Part shown: positions 28,636-41,475 of the stretch, piece by piece | Layout of the letters: every line of letters begins with the position of its first letter | Numbering within the stretch: the first letter of the stretch is position 1 | DNA from: Nymphaea colorata | Taxonomy: Eukaryota | DNA: 64,000 bases | Assembly (NCBI RefSeq): GCF_008831285.2 | Contig: NC_045138.2 | Coordinates: forward strand, 43,400,001-43,464,000 | Direction of reading: 5' to 3' | Program-made: the position numbers and the translations under genes | The notes under the pieces: generated by a model | Told to the model about the DNA's origin: nothing | What the model saw: the letters and a program-made list of their open reading frames with translations, nothing else | Database searches by the model: none

Positions 28636-31600
28636 TGATATGTAATGTACGCAAAACTCAATATGTATATGCATGTGATCAAATTAACTTGTTCCATTAA
28701 GAGCTATATTTCTAGGTTTTTCTTTTTTGACCAAGCATAATCTGGACTGACCATATCTATGATGTACTTGTCAGTGAATATGCAGTATTTTCATCAATCC
28801 CAACAAACTGAACTTCCAAGAATGACAATTGGCCACAGAAATTCACATATTAGGAAAGTTTCTTCACATGATCATTACCTTCTTATAATTCACCAACCCT
28901 ACGGTGTAAGAAAGAAATTAACAGATACAAGCAAGACTATTAATATGTCACCTAGTAATATTTCGATAACAGATGGACCATTATTGCAATATGAACTGGG
29001 AAAGTTGTCAGTCCTGGATCTGGGTTGGCTCATGCTCACCAAGTCTGAGGTTAGGAAAAAAGACATTCATGGACTCAGTTTTGGTGTAGGCAGCTCGGGT
29101 CCAGCCCCTTAACCAAACTTGAACTGACACATGGGCTTGTTGCAGACAAGCTTAATTCGATCTCTCTCTCCCAGCTGAAATCAGCTTGTCAAAAGTTTTT
29201 TTTTTTTTTAAATCTAAAAATACTGAACAAATGCCCCCTTAAAATTCTTCTATTGACACAAAATACAAGAAGGGTAATTAGCCAGTGCTGCCATCTAGTT
29301 TTACTGAATATATATAAAATTATAGTGATTGGTAGATACAAGACCATTTGGACAAGGGATAAAGCCAAACCTTTTAAATTTATGTTAAAAAAAGTTTTAA
29401 ACAAAATGTGAACCTTCCAATGTTTTTATAAACTTTAATTTAATATAAATCATGTTTTAGTTCAGGTTATTTTTGTTAATATTTGATCTTTGTACTATCA
29501 AAATTTCAATTTTAAAGAGCTGTTCATTTTTTAACTATTAAAAAATCATTATTTAAGTTAGAAAAAACTAACTTAATACATGGATTTCTCATCACTCTTG
29601 AGATCATAAGGTTAGATTGTACAAAAAAAATAAAAAATTAATTCTAATGGGTCTGGTTTTTGTCTCTTAACCAAGTGGTCTGGCTTAATATATATAGTTT
29701 AGTGCCCGTCAGCGTCAAAGCCTTTACTGTGACAAGCCCACTTGCAGCCTCACCCTTGCTTATGCAGCTAGGCAGTTCCGGTTGGTTCTAACCAATGACC
29801 ATTGGAGGAAAGACCAACCTGGCAAATATTAGTGACCAACGTTTTAACTCAAATTTTGGGTTTTCTTTTGAGACACAGGAACCGAACTCGAAATGCATTG
29901 ACCGAGGAAGGTGGGGAAGGAAAAAGGTAAAAATCTTAGGAAGAAAAAGGAAGTTACCCTCATCTGTTGTGCGTAGGCCTGGACAAGGAGCTCAGCGTAG
30001 GAGTCAGGGTCATAGAGACTGCTTGACAGGTAGAGCTTGGGCATGAGGTAGTTGTTGATGTAGTCATTGCTGCCAAAGACGAGGGCAAATATGGATCTAG
30101 CAAGGTAGCGAGAAAGCGCCTGTGGCTCTTGGAAGAGCAATGAATATTCAAACTCAATGGCCTTCTCGAATAGTGCCAACTGCTGATTAAATGAAACCCT
30201 AGCCACCTGCAATATTTTCAATAGATATTATAAACTCAGGAATCAGAAGCATACATTTACTACTTCAGACGAGCACAGTACTGGGAAACGTGCTGCGGTA
30301 ATTCAAAGTGAAAAGCCAACGGCAGCGACAACGGCCGAAAGGGTGTGAGGAAAGAGAACACCCCAACGGGACTAGATAATGAGTTCTCTCCTGTCTTGTA
30401 GATAAAGCATAGCATTCACGGGTCTTACCAGGTACGTAGACTCAGCCATTGCTGCGAATGAAACCCGCACAACGCAGCTTCCTACGAAGGGGAGAATACG
30501 GCTGAAACATTCTCTACTCTCAAGAAAAGAACTACGAAATTAACCTTTAATCTAGAGAGAGAGAGAGAGAGATCTAAAAAGTAAGTTCGCTTGAAATTGT
30601 GCAACTGGAAGTTCAGGGCATCAGTTTTCTTTCTCACTGAAAAAATGGAAAGACTTTCAAGGATTGAGACTTCACTTAGCAAAAGACCAATCGGATGTAG
30701 ACTAGTAATTTAGGCAGCAACGTGAACTACGCAAGGTTAAGAGGAATTATTAAGACTACAGGAGTAAACAATAATGATGTATAACAATGAACAATACTTC
30801 GTCGTTATAAAATGAAATAAACTGATCAGTGACGCTGCTTGGGACGAGTACTGGATGGGGAAGCCATTGCAGCCAGCTCTCCGCGAGCCAAGATATGCAG
30901 CCGCCTCTCGTAATGAGATGTTATGGGAGCCTACTATCGTATAAGCTGGGTGACTCTAGCTTGCTAGTTCACTTTCCCTTCTGTTTTGCAGCTGGTTCAG
31001 CTTGACAAGACCACGTCAAACTGAAATGCATTGAAGAAAATTATGGAAATCGATGTCGACCTTAACGAAAAGTAGACAATTTGATATTGCTGCTCGTCTG
31101 CTGAACGTGTAAAGTCTAAATAATATAGATTGTTGTGAAAGTGGAAACTCGATTGAAACTCTAGAAACAATAGACTGAACTATATATAAGAGAATGAGTT
31201 CATGGGGTCTAAAAAATTGTTTCAAGTAATTTCTCCTGTACGCAGAAGAATGTTCTGCTTTCATTTTATTTATTTATTTTTTTCATTCTAGGTCTCTCAA
31301 TTTTTCTTCTTTTTCTTGTCTCTTCGATCATCCTCTCCACAAATAATATTGGTAGACACAAGGAAGAAGGAAGAACATCAGAGCGGGAGTCTCAAAATGG
31401 ATCTGATGAAAATAATTAAGAGAGATCAGTTAGAGCATTACAAAAGGTTTCAGTTTTCAAGAAGGAAAGCAATATGAATGGATGGGACGTATGAATGTTG
31501 GGGAAAGAAGTCCGAGACGAAACCATTTTCTCTGGATGGTACACTCCTTCGTTTTCACTATGTTTGGGGCCATTTTTTCTCTTTGAATAAAGGAATACTT

Positions 31601-32360
31601 ATGTTGCTGATTACTTGGTAGTCATCATGATCAGATAGTTGTAAGATGAACACTCCCGATGTCCGTAACCGGGGTTACCTTAGCTCCTACATCTTGCAAA
31701 CATACGTAGTCAAGAATAACTCCGGAAACTCAAAATAGCAAAAAATATAATGATTAAGAGCAAGAAACTCATGTGCTGCAGATCAGTTACATAGTTTTTT
31801 CCGGTTTCATCGAGGATACCCCCTGCTGCTGATGCATAGTTGACCCCTCTGAGAATGCTTGCCCCTTTGCTTTTTAGACTAAGACAAGGTGGCACTAGTG
31901 GTACCCCCAAGGCCAGAGCTGCAAATTAAAGAACGATAGCCTTTGATGAGCATATATATGTAAATCAAGTCTCGCAGCTAAATGCTGCCTGAACGAAAAT
32001 GCTTCAAGATATACATATATATATATACACCAAGAATATGAATGTGCATATAGTAAAATCCTTTTAAGTACCTCCATAATCTACCACAGTCAGTCCATTG
32101 CAGAAACGACCGGTAGGATAGCCGAAATCTATACCGTAAGGCGGATAGTTAGCTCGAGCAATTGAAGGAATGTAGTTGTTGTTTCCATCGTCTACCAATG
32201 AGTCGCCAAACACAAACAACGCTGGCACATCGAACAGTTCGCCACTAACTCCCCTGATGAGTTGGAGACACGTTAGAAAAATCAGAACCATAAGCTCTGT
32301 TCCCATCTCCAGCTTTCCCTCTCCGGCCCTCTCCCTTCGTCTTCTTCTTCTTCTTCCCAT
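26068..32360 (-). CDS. GLIP7: GDSL esterase/lipase (SGNH hydrolase), GLIP7/At5g15720-like; spliced CDS join(32072-32360,31791-31918,29958-30206,26755-27007,26068-26288), 379 aa (361 aa from the alternative ATG at 32306)
   Basis: Five exons with GT-AG introns and compatible phases (1,0,0,1), 1140 nt in total with no internal stop. Motifs: FVFGDSLVD (catalytic Ser), [43 protein letters not shown] (catalytic Asp/His). The YGGALTCLP and LPGSFFVYQ segments match my recollection of Arabidopsis GLIP7; orthology not tested. Confidence 0.93.
26755..27007 (-). CDS. GLIP7: GDSL lipase exon 4
   Basis: Acceptor [31 protein letters not shown]...NPQKY; donor GTCAGT. Confidence 0.93.
27455..27822 (+). mobile_element. 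MITE copy 1 in GDSL intron 3
   Basis: Colinear with 28197-28560 and 29328-29685; degenerate TIRs. Confidence 0.7.
27921..28097 (-). mobile_element. Inverted half copy of the same MITE, ending at a (TA)n tract
   Basis: Begins cagaccacttgggtaagtgacaaaaactagac; its body matches the reverse complement of the right half of the other copies. Confidence 0.65.
28096..28186. repeat. (TA)n microsatellite
   Basis: Direct reading. Further (TA)n tracts near 27160, 28560, 32860, 35510, 35800, 53130 and 59000; (CT)/(GA)n near 26010 and 27825-27904. Confidence 0.95.
28197..28560 (+). mobile_element. MITE copy 2, between (TA)n tracts
   Basis: Left TIR agaccacttgggtaaggaataaaaatcagacc; right TIR ggtttggtttttgtctcttaaccaagtg. 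Confidence 0.75.
29328..29685 (+). mobile_element. MITE copy 3
   Basis: Left agaccatttggacaagggataaagccaaacc; right ggtctggtttttgtctcttaaccaagtggtct. Confidence 0.75.
29958..30206 (-). CDS. GLIP7: GDSL lipase exon 3
   Basis: Acceptor [16 protein letters not shown]...[13 protein letters not shown]...AQQMR; donor GTAACT. Confidence 0.93.
31791..31918 (-). CDS. GLIP7: GDSL lipase exon 2
   Basis: Acceptor [21 protein letters not shown]...[19 protein letters not shown]; donor GTAACT. Confidence 0.93.
32072..32360 (-). CDS. GLIP7: GDSL lipase exon 1 (signal peptide and GDSL motif)
   Basis: ATG at 32360 or 32306; hydrophobic [31 protein letters not shown]...TVVDYG; donor G|GTACTT, intron starts 32071. 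Confidence 0.9.
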
Positions 32361-32858
32361 GAGTTGTTCCTTTATATTTATTAGTGCTTGTAAAGTCTGC
32401 AAAAAAAAGAAAAAAAGGTAGCAACTCTTCCTTCTCGTGGTAGTTCATAATGGTGGATCCATAGGAGGGCTGGAATGACTGTGATCCTTCTTGGCTTCCG
32501 CGCACCTCATGTCCCTCTCAACACTAAATAAGAGCGACGCTTTATCCTTTTCAAGGCAATAAAAGCATGAACTGGCCAGTCTCCTACATGAGATTTGTTA
32601 ATTAGCCTAAGTCTATTAGATGGGATTTGTTAATCTGAACGACACAATGGAATGGCCAGTCCCCACATGAGGTATCCACATTGGATGCCAGTTCATCATG
32701 TGAGGCCAGCTATATGAATGACTGGGTTCTTTTTTTCCTTTTCTTTAAAATTTGCTATATTAATAATTAAGTTTGTAAGGCTCTACAATTTCAAACGGAT
32801 GCAATTCGAGGTACGCATGTAAGTGGATATAATATATATGGTTTAAGGGATAGTTATA

Positions 32859-32902
<44 letters not shown>

Positions 32903-33649
32903 TTGTTTATTTATTTATATATAATCTTAGGACCCATGAAGACTAGTTATTAAATCATAATGAGACAGCTGCAAGAATAAATGAAGTTATTAAGTTATAA
33001 TAAAACAGCTACAAAAATAATGAAGTGGTTGGAGAGAAGAAAATGAGAGTCAAGAGACATAGGAAATGCAAATGCAGAAACCAAACAGTGGCCTCCGTCA
33101 ATAAAGAAAAAGACAACAAATAGAAATTTTAATGCCCTTGTAGATAACTTATGTTACTTGTTATGAGCAGCATTTCACTTACCCATTTGTTGCAGTATTA
33201 GTGAAGAGAGTTCCAGCAACAAAAATTTGAAGAGAGAGAAAAATCTCCCATTTTTGGTAGTAACTGGATTGCTCCTCTATCATCTAAGCCAGAAAACAAG
33301 GAGTTGGAGGAGCTATTGATTGAGGCTTGGTTCTATTCAGGTAATTTTTCATACCCAGTTTGGTCAGCAATATATATATATATATATACACACACATATA
33401 TATATATATATTTAAATGGTTACAAAATACAAAGTATGTGAGCTCTATTGAGAAAGACATGTTGTATATGTCTTGCAAAGGAAAAGAATGATCTGGAAAT
33501 CAAGCTGAGAGAATCAAAGTATTGGTGGACTGTTATTGGAATGAATAGATCTACGAGCAGATTGAATTAAGCATGTTTCTCAATTTCAACTATGAAAATA
33601 TTTAGATCCAAGTGCAGCATGTAGTTCGTGTGCATATTAGTGAATGCAT

Positions 33650-33695
<46 letters not shown>

Positions 33696-35512
33696 AAATA
33701 AAATGTATATAATACATTCAGTAATATGCAGAATTAAGTTAATGAGCAAGGAATAATGTCATTTATAATAATGCCATGTTAAAATTGATGTAATATATGA
33801 GTTCATGTTCGTACTAGGCATGCCTTCTACCTTGTAGAAAAAGATCATATTGTTCATAGATGCCATGAAAGTGTGTATGGGTATTGAATGCGGTACATGA
33901 AAACATGTATAGTTTAGTGTTACTAAGGCAAAGTTCATGGAGAAATAGTGGTTAATCAGATCTGGATCACTAGAGGATCCACAGAAGCACGCTAATAAAA
34001 ATTGATCAATGAAAAGGGTCTGAGATGATAATTGAATCTATTTCTGAAATTAACACAGATAGGCTGAAAACATATCATTCCTTCTATGGATATGCTAAGT
34101 TATGCAAAATTAAACAGAACTGAGTCTAATACGAGTGATCAGATTTCATGATCAATGACATCTTCCTCTGTTGGCCTGCTGATTAACAATGAGCAGTTCC
34201 ACAAGATTAGAAACAGAAATATATAATATGCAATTAAAGCAAGGAACAGGGTCTGAATTGTATATTTAGGTCTGCTTCTGGAAAAATTGCACAGCCAGGC
34301 TTGAAACAGGCGGTTCTGTCTCTTGCTATACTGTTTTGGGGTAGAATTGAAGATAACGTATTGTAATTAGAAGTGATCAAATTGCAAAAATGATAATGTC
34401 TTCTTCGATTGAAATATTGAAAGAAAATCATAGCATAAGGTTGGAGGAAAAATCTAAATGTGAGCTTTTTGGATTTAAAGAAAGAATTGATTTATTCTCC
34501 TATTCACACCCCAAACAATAAGGGAAATAGGAAAAACAAAAAAGGAACAAAAATTGTAATTTAATTGAAATCAGATGATGAATACCATAAAAAAAAGTCA
34601 GATTTCTATTAACATTGAAAATTGTGTTACAAAGGAGCAATGTTGATTAGCATTAGGAAAGAGAAGAAACTGCGTAAAACTAGAAAGCTGCTAATGATAG
34701 AAATTCAGCAAAAACCCAAAGACAAACTGATCAACTTTAGCTAATTAGGTTTATCTCAAGTCAGTTATAAGAAGGCTGCCTTCACATGGCTTTTGGGTTA
34801 ATTATATATATTAATTCAGCCTTTATTGGTTGGATCAGCTATATGTTCTTAATCTTGGATTGTCTAGTCTGTCCTTCAACTTTTGCTAAAGCTCCCTAAA
34901 CTGTTGAAAACATATATAATTGCCTCATAATATAAATTATATTTTCCATGTACTCATACAAAGTAATTTTAATGTGGGATAGTTGGGCACTTTGTTGAAG
35001 ACATTGAATTTGCATCTATTGATATTACATATGACACGTAGAGAATGCATCAAATGAATATACGGATTATGCATCAAAGAAGAGGGGATGATGAGAATGA
35101 TGTGATCATGAATTTTTGATGTTTTAAAAAGAAAAAAAAGGGTTGTCATACAGCATTACATCATCAATTTGCTGTTAGTGAAGTAAAAATTGATGGATGT
35201 GTATACCAAATACACTGAAGATGTTGCAACTGAGGTATCATGCAAAATTGGTTAGCTACCCAAAGTCTGTTATGATATGTCTACTTTCATATAATTTACT
35301 AGGATAAATTAGATAAGCTTCGCCTGTGTTGATTAGCTAATTTTCCATGCTTAATTGTTGAAGCAACCTTCTATTCACTCTAGAATTCTTTATCTTGTTG
35401 TAACTTGCTTCTAGATTTTAGAGGCAAATAAATATTGCTGTGAAAGTAGATTTGGCTACATGATACAGATTTTTTGCTGACTTCTTAAGTGTACCTTATA
35501 AAAGAAAGGTTT

Positions 35513-35550
<38 letters not shown>

Positions 35551-35798
35551 CCAGATGGATCCTTGTTCAAGTCATGACAACACTGCTGCTAGGAAAAGAC
35601 TCGATTTTTATTAGTATTGACCCAAATGTTACATATATCACAACACCCATCAGATTCCTAAGCATAATCTTCCAAAAACCTTACAATTTAATCTAGAACA
35701 AATATCTAGATGAAGGGATGATGGACTTGGAAGGGAAAAGACACGAGTCATGGTTCATAAATATATATGTATATGGTGATGCATAAATAAATAAATAA

Positions 35799-35856
<58 letters not shown>

Positions 35857-37698
35857 GGAACTTAAAAGTGGAGAGATGAAAATTAGATTTTATGCCCCGA
35901 CTTGAGGAAATTACATATGCACATACCAATATGGGATAGGTACATTGGCAAATTTAAATGTCAACACTTCAAAATGTGGATAGAAGACTACGTGAGTAAC
36001 TTCTGATTCTACACGTTAGATGGGTTTATATTAACATACCCAGTTTCCTCTCGAATATAGTGACTCAGTAATTGGTTTAGTCTTGAGAACTATGTCCAAG
36101 GTTAGACTTCATGGGAGTCACCAGAGTATGTTTTCTAGTGGTAAATCCTATGTTTGATTGTATAAAAGGAAAGGAACACTGATTGTGTCTCAACTAACAA
36201 CACATGTGAATGTGACTTGAGTTCAGTGGGTGGCTCTATCCTAAAAGGTGTTGGTGTGGCATGAGCTCACTATGGCCACTCACTCCTTCATATGCACTGG
36301 ACTGCCCACATGGTATTGTTTGACACAAGGGCTTAGGATTATGTTATAATAAGAGGCATCATTGTATATTACTCTCAGTCTTTGTGGATTGTCTAGTGAA
36401 GATTTGTTGTATTTTGCCTGTGTATTGTGCCCACTGGGTCTTTTGTTGTTGTTCATCATAAAGACCATGATGCCACCATTGGACTATGGATGTAACTTTG
36501 CAACCCATAACGTGTCATGTTACCTCATCTGTGATAGTAATAAGCTATAACCCCATGGTGTGGCATGAAACATGTGGCCCATGAGGTGATAGTCATGAGC
36601 TGCATAATGATTCGGTTTTGATATAATTGTATATCTATTTTGCTAAAACCGTTCTCCACATATGATTAGATATTGTCATACTCAAAGCAATGTAACCATT
36701 TTCCATCTGTCCCTACAAGAGTGGCTTTTGATTGACTAACAGATTTTTGATCGATTTCCTCAGCTTTGTGATGGACTAGCATTGATCATTTATGCATTGA
36801 GTTAAGTCTCGGGTTTCTTGTGGATGTCTTGCTTGTTGGGTCTACGTTTGTCTTTGCCTGGCTCTACATGAGTCCTTGAAACTATGATTCTCATATATTT
36901 TTGGCTTTTTATGCACTGTCATTAATCAAGTTATGAATTTGTTCTAATGACCAAATGTTTATTTCCACTATGTTGGAAAAAAATGGATCAAAACATGGGT
37001 CGTGGCAAAGTTAATGCTCCAATGTTAAGTTATTAAATTCTTAATTAAGTCAAGATTCAAAACATTAACTAAATAGTTTAGGAAGCTGGCATGACCTAGA
37101 GATGGCACTAGGTTGATGCTACCTCAACTAGAGACTCCTAAAATTTTGGTAAATATCTTACAATCTAGGGGCTAGTTTCTTTTTTAATTTGGTTAGGAAA
37201 AGAAATCTATATTAGGCAATCGGTTTCATGACTACATTAGCCGCCAATATCCTTGCTAAATCCACTCACTAAGTGGCATGAATTTGATTTTTTTTTTTTT
37301 GAATCAACCAGCCCTTGAATAATCCCAATATCCTAATATCATTAATGACATATAACTTATCTTATACGGTATACTTTCCATGTCAACTAAACCAAAATGC
37401 ATGATAGGCCTTTGTAGACTACATAAACATGGCACTCAAAATTCAAAACAAATGGAAAACTTGACGTACTTTGGATTTTTTTGATAAAATGCATCTCTAG
37501 AAATTAGGGATCTCTTCAAAAATTGAGACAACCTTTTCGGAAAGAGAAACCGACCCAAATGATAGTTTCGTACTTTGTTGCCACGTGTGGCAAGGTTCCC
37601 AACTCATGCCCATCCATGGATCTTGGCCATGGATCTGTTACCGGAAACAAAATGTTCATAGGTGCATGACATTTGTTGAACAATTTATCATGTTGCAC

Positions 37699-37790
37699 GG
37701 CAATATTATCTTGTTGATGGTGGTTATTCAAACATTGTGAGCTTGTTAACACCATATTGGGGTCTTGTTATCAGTATCAAAATTTAGCAC
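37699..37790 (+). pseudogene. PIF/Harbinger DDE transposase fragment
   Basis: 37701 onward reads QYYLVDGGYSNIVSLLTPYWG, matching the PIF motif GKYYLVDxGYxNxxGFLxPYRG. Confidence 0.65.
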
Positions 37791-38029
37791 ACCAGTTGCA
37801 TGTCCAATGTCCAGTTAGAACTACAAAAGAATTATTTAATCATAGACATTTGTCACTTTGATAACAATAGAACGAATATTTGGCTTGTCGAAAAAATATT
37901 CACTATACTTAAAATGCAAGTGGAATATTAAAAACAAATTAAAATTGCTTAAGCTACAAGTGTATTGCATAATTTTATTAGTAAATGCAATCCAAACGGT
38001 GAGCAGCTTGAGGAGGAAACCACACATGA

Positions 38030-38740
38030 CATCCAAATTTGGATCCAAATCCTAACTTTAGATCTAACATAGAGCCTTAGATCTTGATATGGATCTAAAT
38101 CCTAGCTTTAGATCCAAAACAAAACCCTACATCTAGATCTAGATTCAAGCCCCAGCCTTAGATCCAAAACAGTTCCTTGGATCTAAATTTGGATCCAAAT
38201 CCGACCTTTAAATGCAAACCTGAGCCTTAGAGCTAGATCCAGATCTAAATCCCAGCTTTGGATGCAAAACAAAGCCCTAGATCCAATCTTGATCCAAATC
38301 TCAAATCTAGATAAAAAATAGATCCTAGAAACAAGCTTGGTCCAAATTCCAGCTCTACATTCGAAACCAAGTCTTAGATCAAAACCCAAATCAAAGATAG
38401 GCTTTGATATCCAAACCTAGATCTAAAACAAGATTTTAGATCTGAAGCTTGGTGAAAATATTTCAAAGACATTTGATCCAACAATGAAATTTGAATCCAA
38501 TTTTGATTTGATCCAGATCCAAAATTCATAATCTAGATCCATATCCAAATCTTTAGTCCATATCCAAAACTAGATCTAATTCCATGCTTCTATCCCAATC
38601 CATATCCAATTTTGAGATACATACCTAAATCTAAGATCCACATCCAAATCTGACATTCAAATCCATATATAAAATACTAGATCCAATTTGAGCTTTTGAT
38701 CCAAGGTCCAAACTTGAGTCTTGGATCCATTTCGAGTTCC
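38030..38740. repeat. Degenerate GATC-rich tandem-like repeat, probably part of an old LTR
   Basis: Recurrent cttagatccaaa / agatctagatcc motifs; similar composition resumes after 41475. Confidence 0.6.
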
Positions 38741-38745
38741 AAATT

Positions 38746-41475
38746 TGTCACCCTTTAACCACCAAATAAGTCGAGGTGCGACAACACAACGATTCAAAAG
38801 AGCTATACACATCAAAAGATAATGAGCAAACATTTCATTATTTAGTAAATTCAGTTCATACAAAATCACTTCATATTTCTCAATAACCCACAGGACAAAA
38901 ATGTCTCAAAACAACAACGTTGATGTCTAACAAAAACAAGACATCAATGAGACCCAAAACATTACGCGTTGGCACTACAATAGATTGAAAAATCTCTCCA
39001 ATAGGATGTGAGCGAAGCCATCTACAACCTGCTGCTCCGAGTTTGTCAAAACCTAAAAAAAAGTAAACAACAAAAGTCTTAGCCTTCACAATATTATAAC
39101 AAACCAGATAAATCATTTACCCTCTAAGGTAAGAGCTCAAATATGAGATATAACATATATAGAACCATGAACACTATATCATGATAGAAGTATGTAGTTA
39201 CACGACTTGTCATGGTAGCCTCTCACGTATACCACGACATGTAGGGACCACTCAATGACCACAATTAGCATACTTAATAATCACATTAACTTCATCCATA
39301 TTCACTTTGTTCATATTTGTTTCATTTACATTTGCTTTAATGAACTGACAGTTCCTATGGATGCAAACATAGGTGTGTGCACGCCACAAATGATCTATAG
39401 TCGGGTGACAACCCTCGTGGTAGTCTGAAACGATACAAATCCATTCACGCTATAGCGGTAGAGCAATCACCCATGTATATGTGAATTCCAAGAAGAGTTG
39501 CCCAGTCTTCCCTAAGACATTCAGGTGAGAAAGGTGGGAGCCCAACTCTCCAAGCACATCACACAATGATATCCTGAAACCTTACACTGCCTACACTCGA
39601 AGCTGGCAAGACCAGTGGCGAGGGTGACACATATCCCAAACACATTACTACAACCCACTGGCCTCTCATCAATTATTCTTTCTTAACTTATCATTATGAG
39701 AACACATTCAAAAAATGACCAACTAGCACATGAGGTTGGTTTACTTCACGAGTGCATCCATACCTCAAAACGTCTCTATACGAAAGTTACACAATCATTC
39801 AATACTATTACCTAGTTGTCATAACTTTACGGGTACATCTACATTTCAAATTCATTTAATTGCATCATGCCCATAGCAAAATTTTAAAACATTCGCATCA
39901 ATTAAACATATCAATTACATTATACAAAACTTAGCCGAACTACAGAAAGTAGTCTAGATCTGTGATTGACTCATTGCTATCCTATGCAAATATCATTCTA
40001 GGATATTCACTAATGCACAATCAGGGTCGAGAAGATACTCGACTCGATACCGTACATAGTCTGTCTTAAACAGTTATAATTGCTAGCATGCATATGCCAT
40101 TGAGTAGTAATTTAAAAGTATTCAATCAATCTCATAATAAATCACATGCATACAATCATTCAACACAACGCCATCATAGGATCCAACGATCCTAAAAAAG
40201 ATGCACTCTAAATTTGGCCTTAAGCAAGGATTTGCTTAGAATGCCACCATACCTATCACGCGTCGTCGAAATTACCCAAAACCACCTCGAACTTCGAATC
40301 TTCTAGCTTAAGGTCCACTCGACGTGCCTAGTGTATCTGAAAAAATAATCACGCGATAAGTTTTCTACTTGTTTCGCTTTAAAATCTATACAAGTACGAA
40401 ATAAGAACATTGAGGCATAGGTCATCGTTTCAAGAGGGTGCTGATATGTAGTATCTGCCCTAAAGCCCTCCAATGGGTTTCTTTCCCAACAAGCGACATA
40501 ATATGCACATCAATAATTGCATGTGCCACAAGTTCACTAAAACGATTTTACATCTTCCCCACAACATCAAAATCTCTACCATGCTTTCTAAGCGCTTCAA
40601 AAATTAACTCATCATGCTAAAAAGATAATTATATAACTTCTTAGGGCAAAAATTCAACAGAATTATGCTTGTTTAGCCGTACTCATTCCTCTTTTAGTGT
40701 CATAGCTGTTGCAGTGTCCCTGGCAGGCACCTCAAGTGCTCGACTGATCCCCAAGCGGCTAAAATTATATCATCGCATCCAATGCCTTTTATTTGTTGTT
40801 ATGAGAGGAAGGACATGTTCCCCAAGCTGCAATCTGACTAAACAACATCAAATAGGGTGAGAATGAGCAAAAGAGATCAAGAGATAGGCCTGCCATTAGA
40901 AAAGGGCATCCAGTTGTAAGATAGCTGGTTCGGCTAATGGAGAAACACGCACGGGGTAAAAATAACAACCAGGCATGGAAAAAGACTGGCGAGAGGGAGA
41001 GTGAAAAGAGAGAGGGTGCTCGGTTGGGGAAGAATGCAAAGAAATATACAAGATGACAGTGAGAGGTCAGAGACATTGTGAGTGAGAGGAGGCTCCGATA
41101 GAGAGAGTGTGAGCAAATGGACGAGAGAGTAGGGAAGGAGGGAGATTGAAGACGAGAGGGAACACAGACAATGTGCACAACAGGGAAGCGGCACGCAGAG
41201 GGGTAGAGACGAACAAACGAAGGGGTAAGAGCTTGCGGGAGAGAGGGGGATTGGAAAGAGAAAAATCGGGACAGATGGGGAGACAGATAGAGAACGACGA
41301 GAGGGGGAAGGATAAAGATACGTAGAGGGCAAGGAAGAAGGATAAGATAGAAGAGACAATGAGAGATCAAGACGGCTTACCTCAGTGCCGGCGTCAAGCT
41401 CCTCTTCACGCGGTGGAGTTCGGGTCTAGGTCTGGACCCTGATTTAGTCCAACTTTCAAGACACCGAGCATTACA
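38746..41475 (-). mobile_element. Solo LTR of a Del/Tekay-like gypsy element (2730 bp)
   Basis: Termini tgtcaccc and gcattaca; flanks AAATT and AAATC (4/5 TSD match); no PBS, PPT or coding sequence adjacent; right end homologous to 1-714. Confidence 0.72.

Noticed and set aside
32565..32730. Short repeated tggccagt/catgag motifs upstream of the GDSL gene
   Set aside because: Too short and degenerate to call a regulatory element or MITE.
35860..36900. Possible decayed LINE or other coding remnant
   Set aside because: I could not recover any diagnostic motif by eye.
40789..41370. 193-aa and 141-aa hydrophobic minus-strand ORFs
   Set aside because: CT-rich tract of a solo LTR; no recognisable domain.
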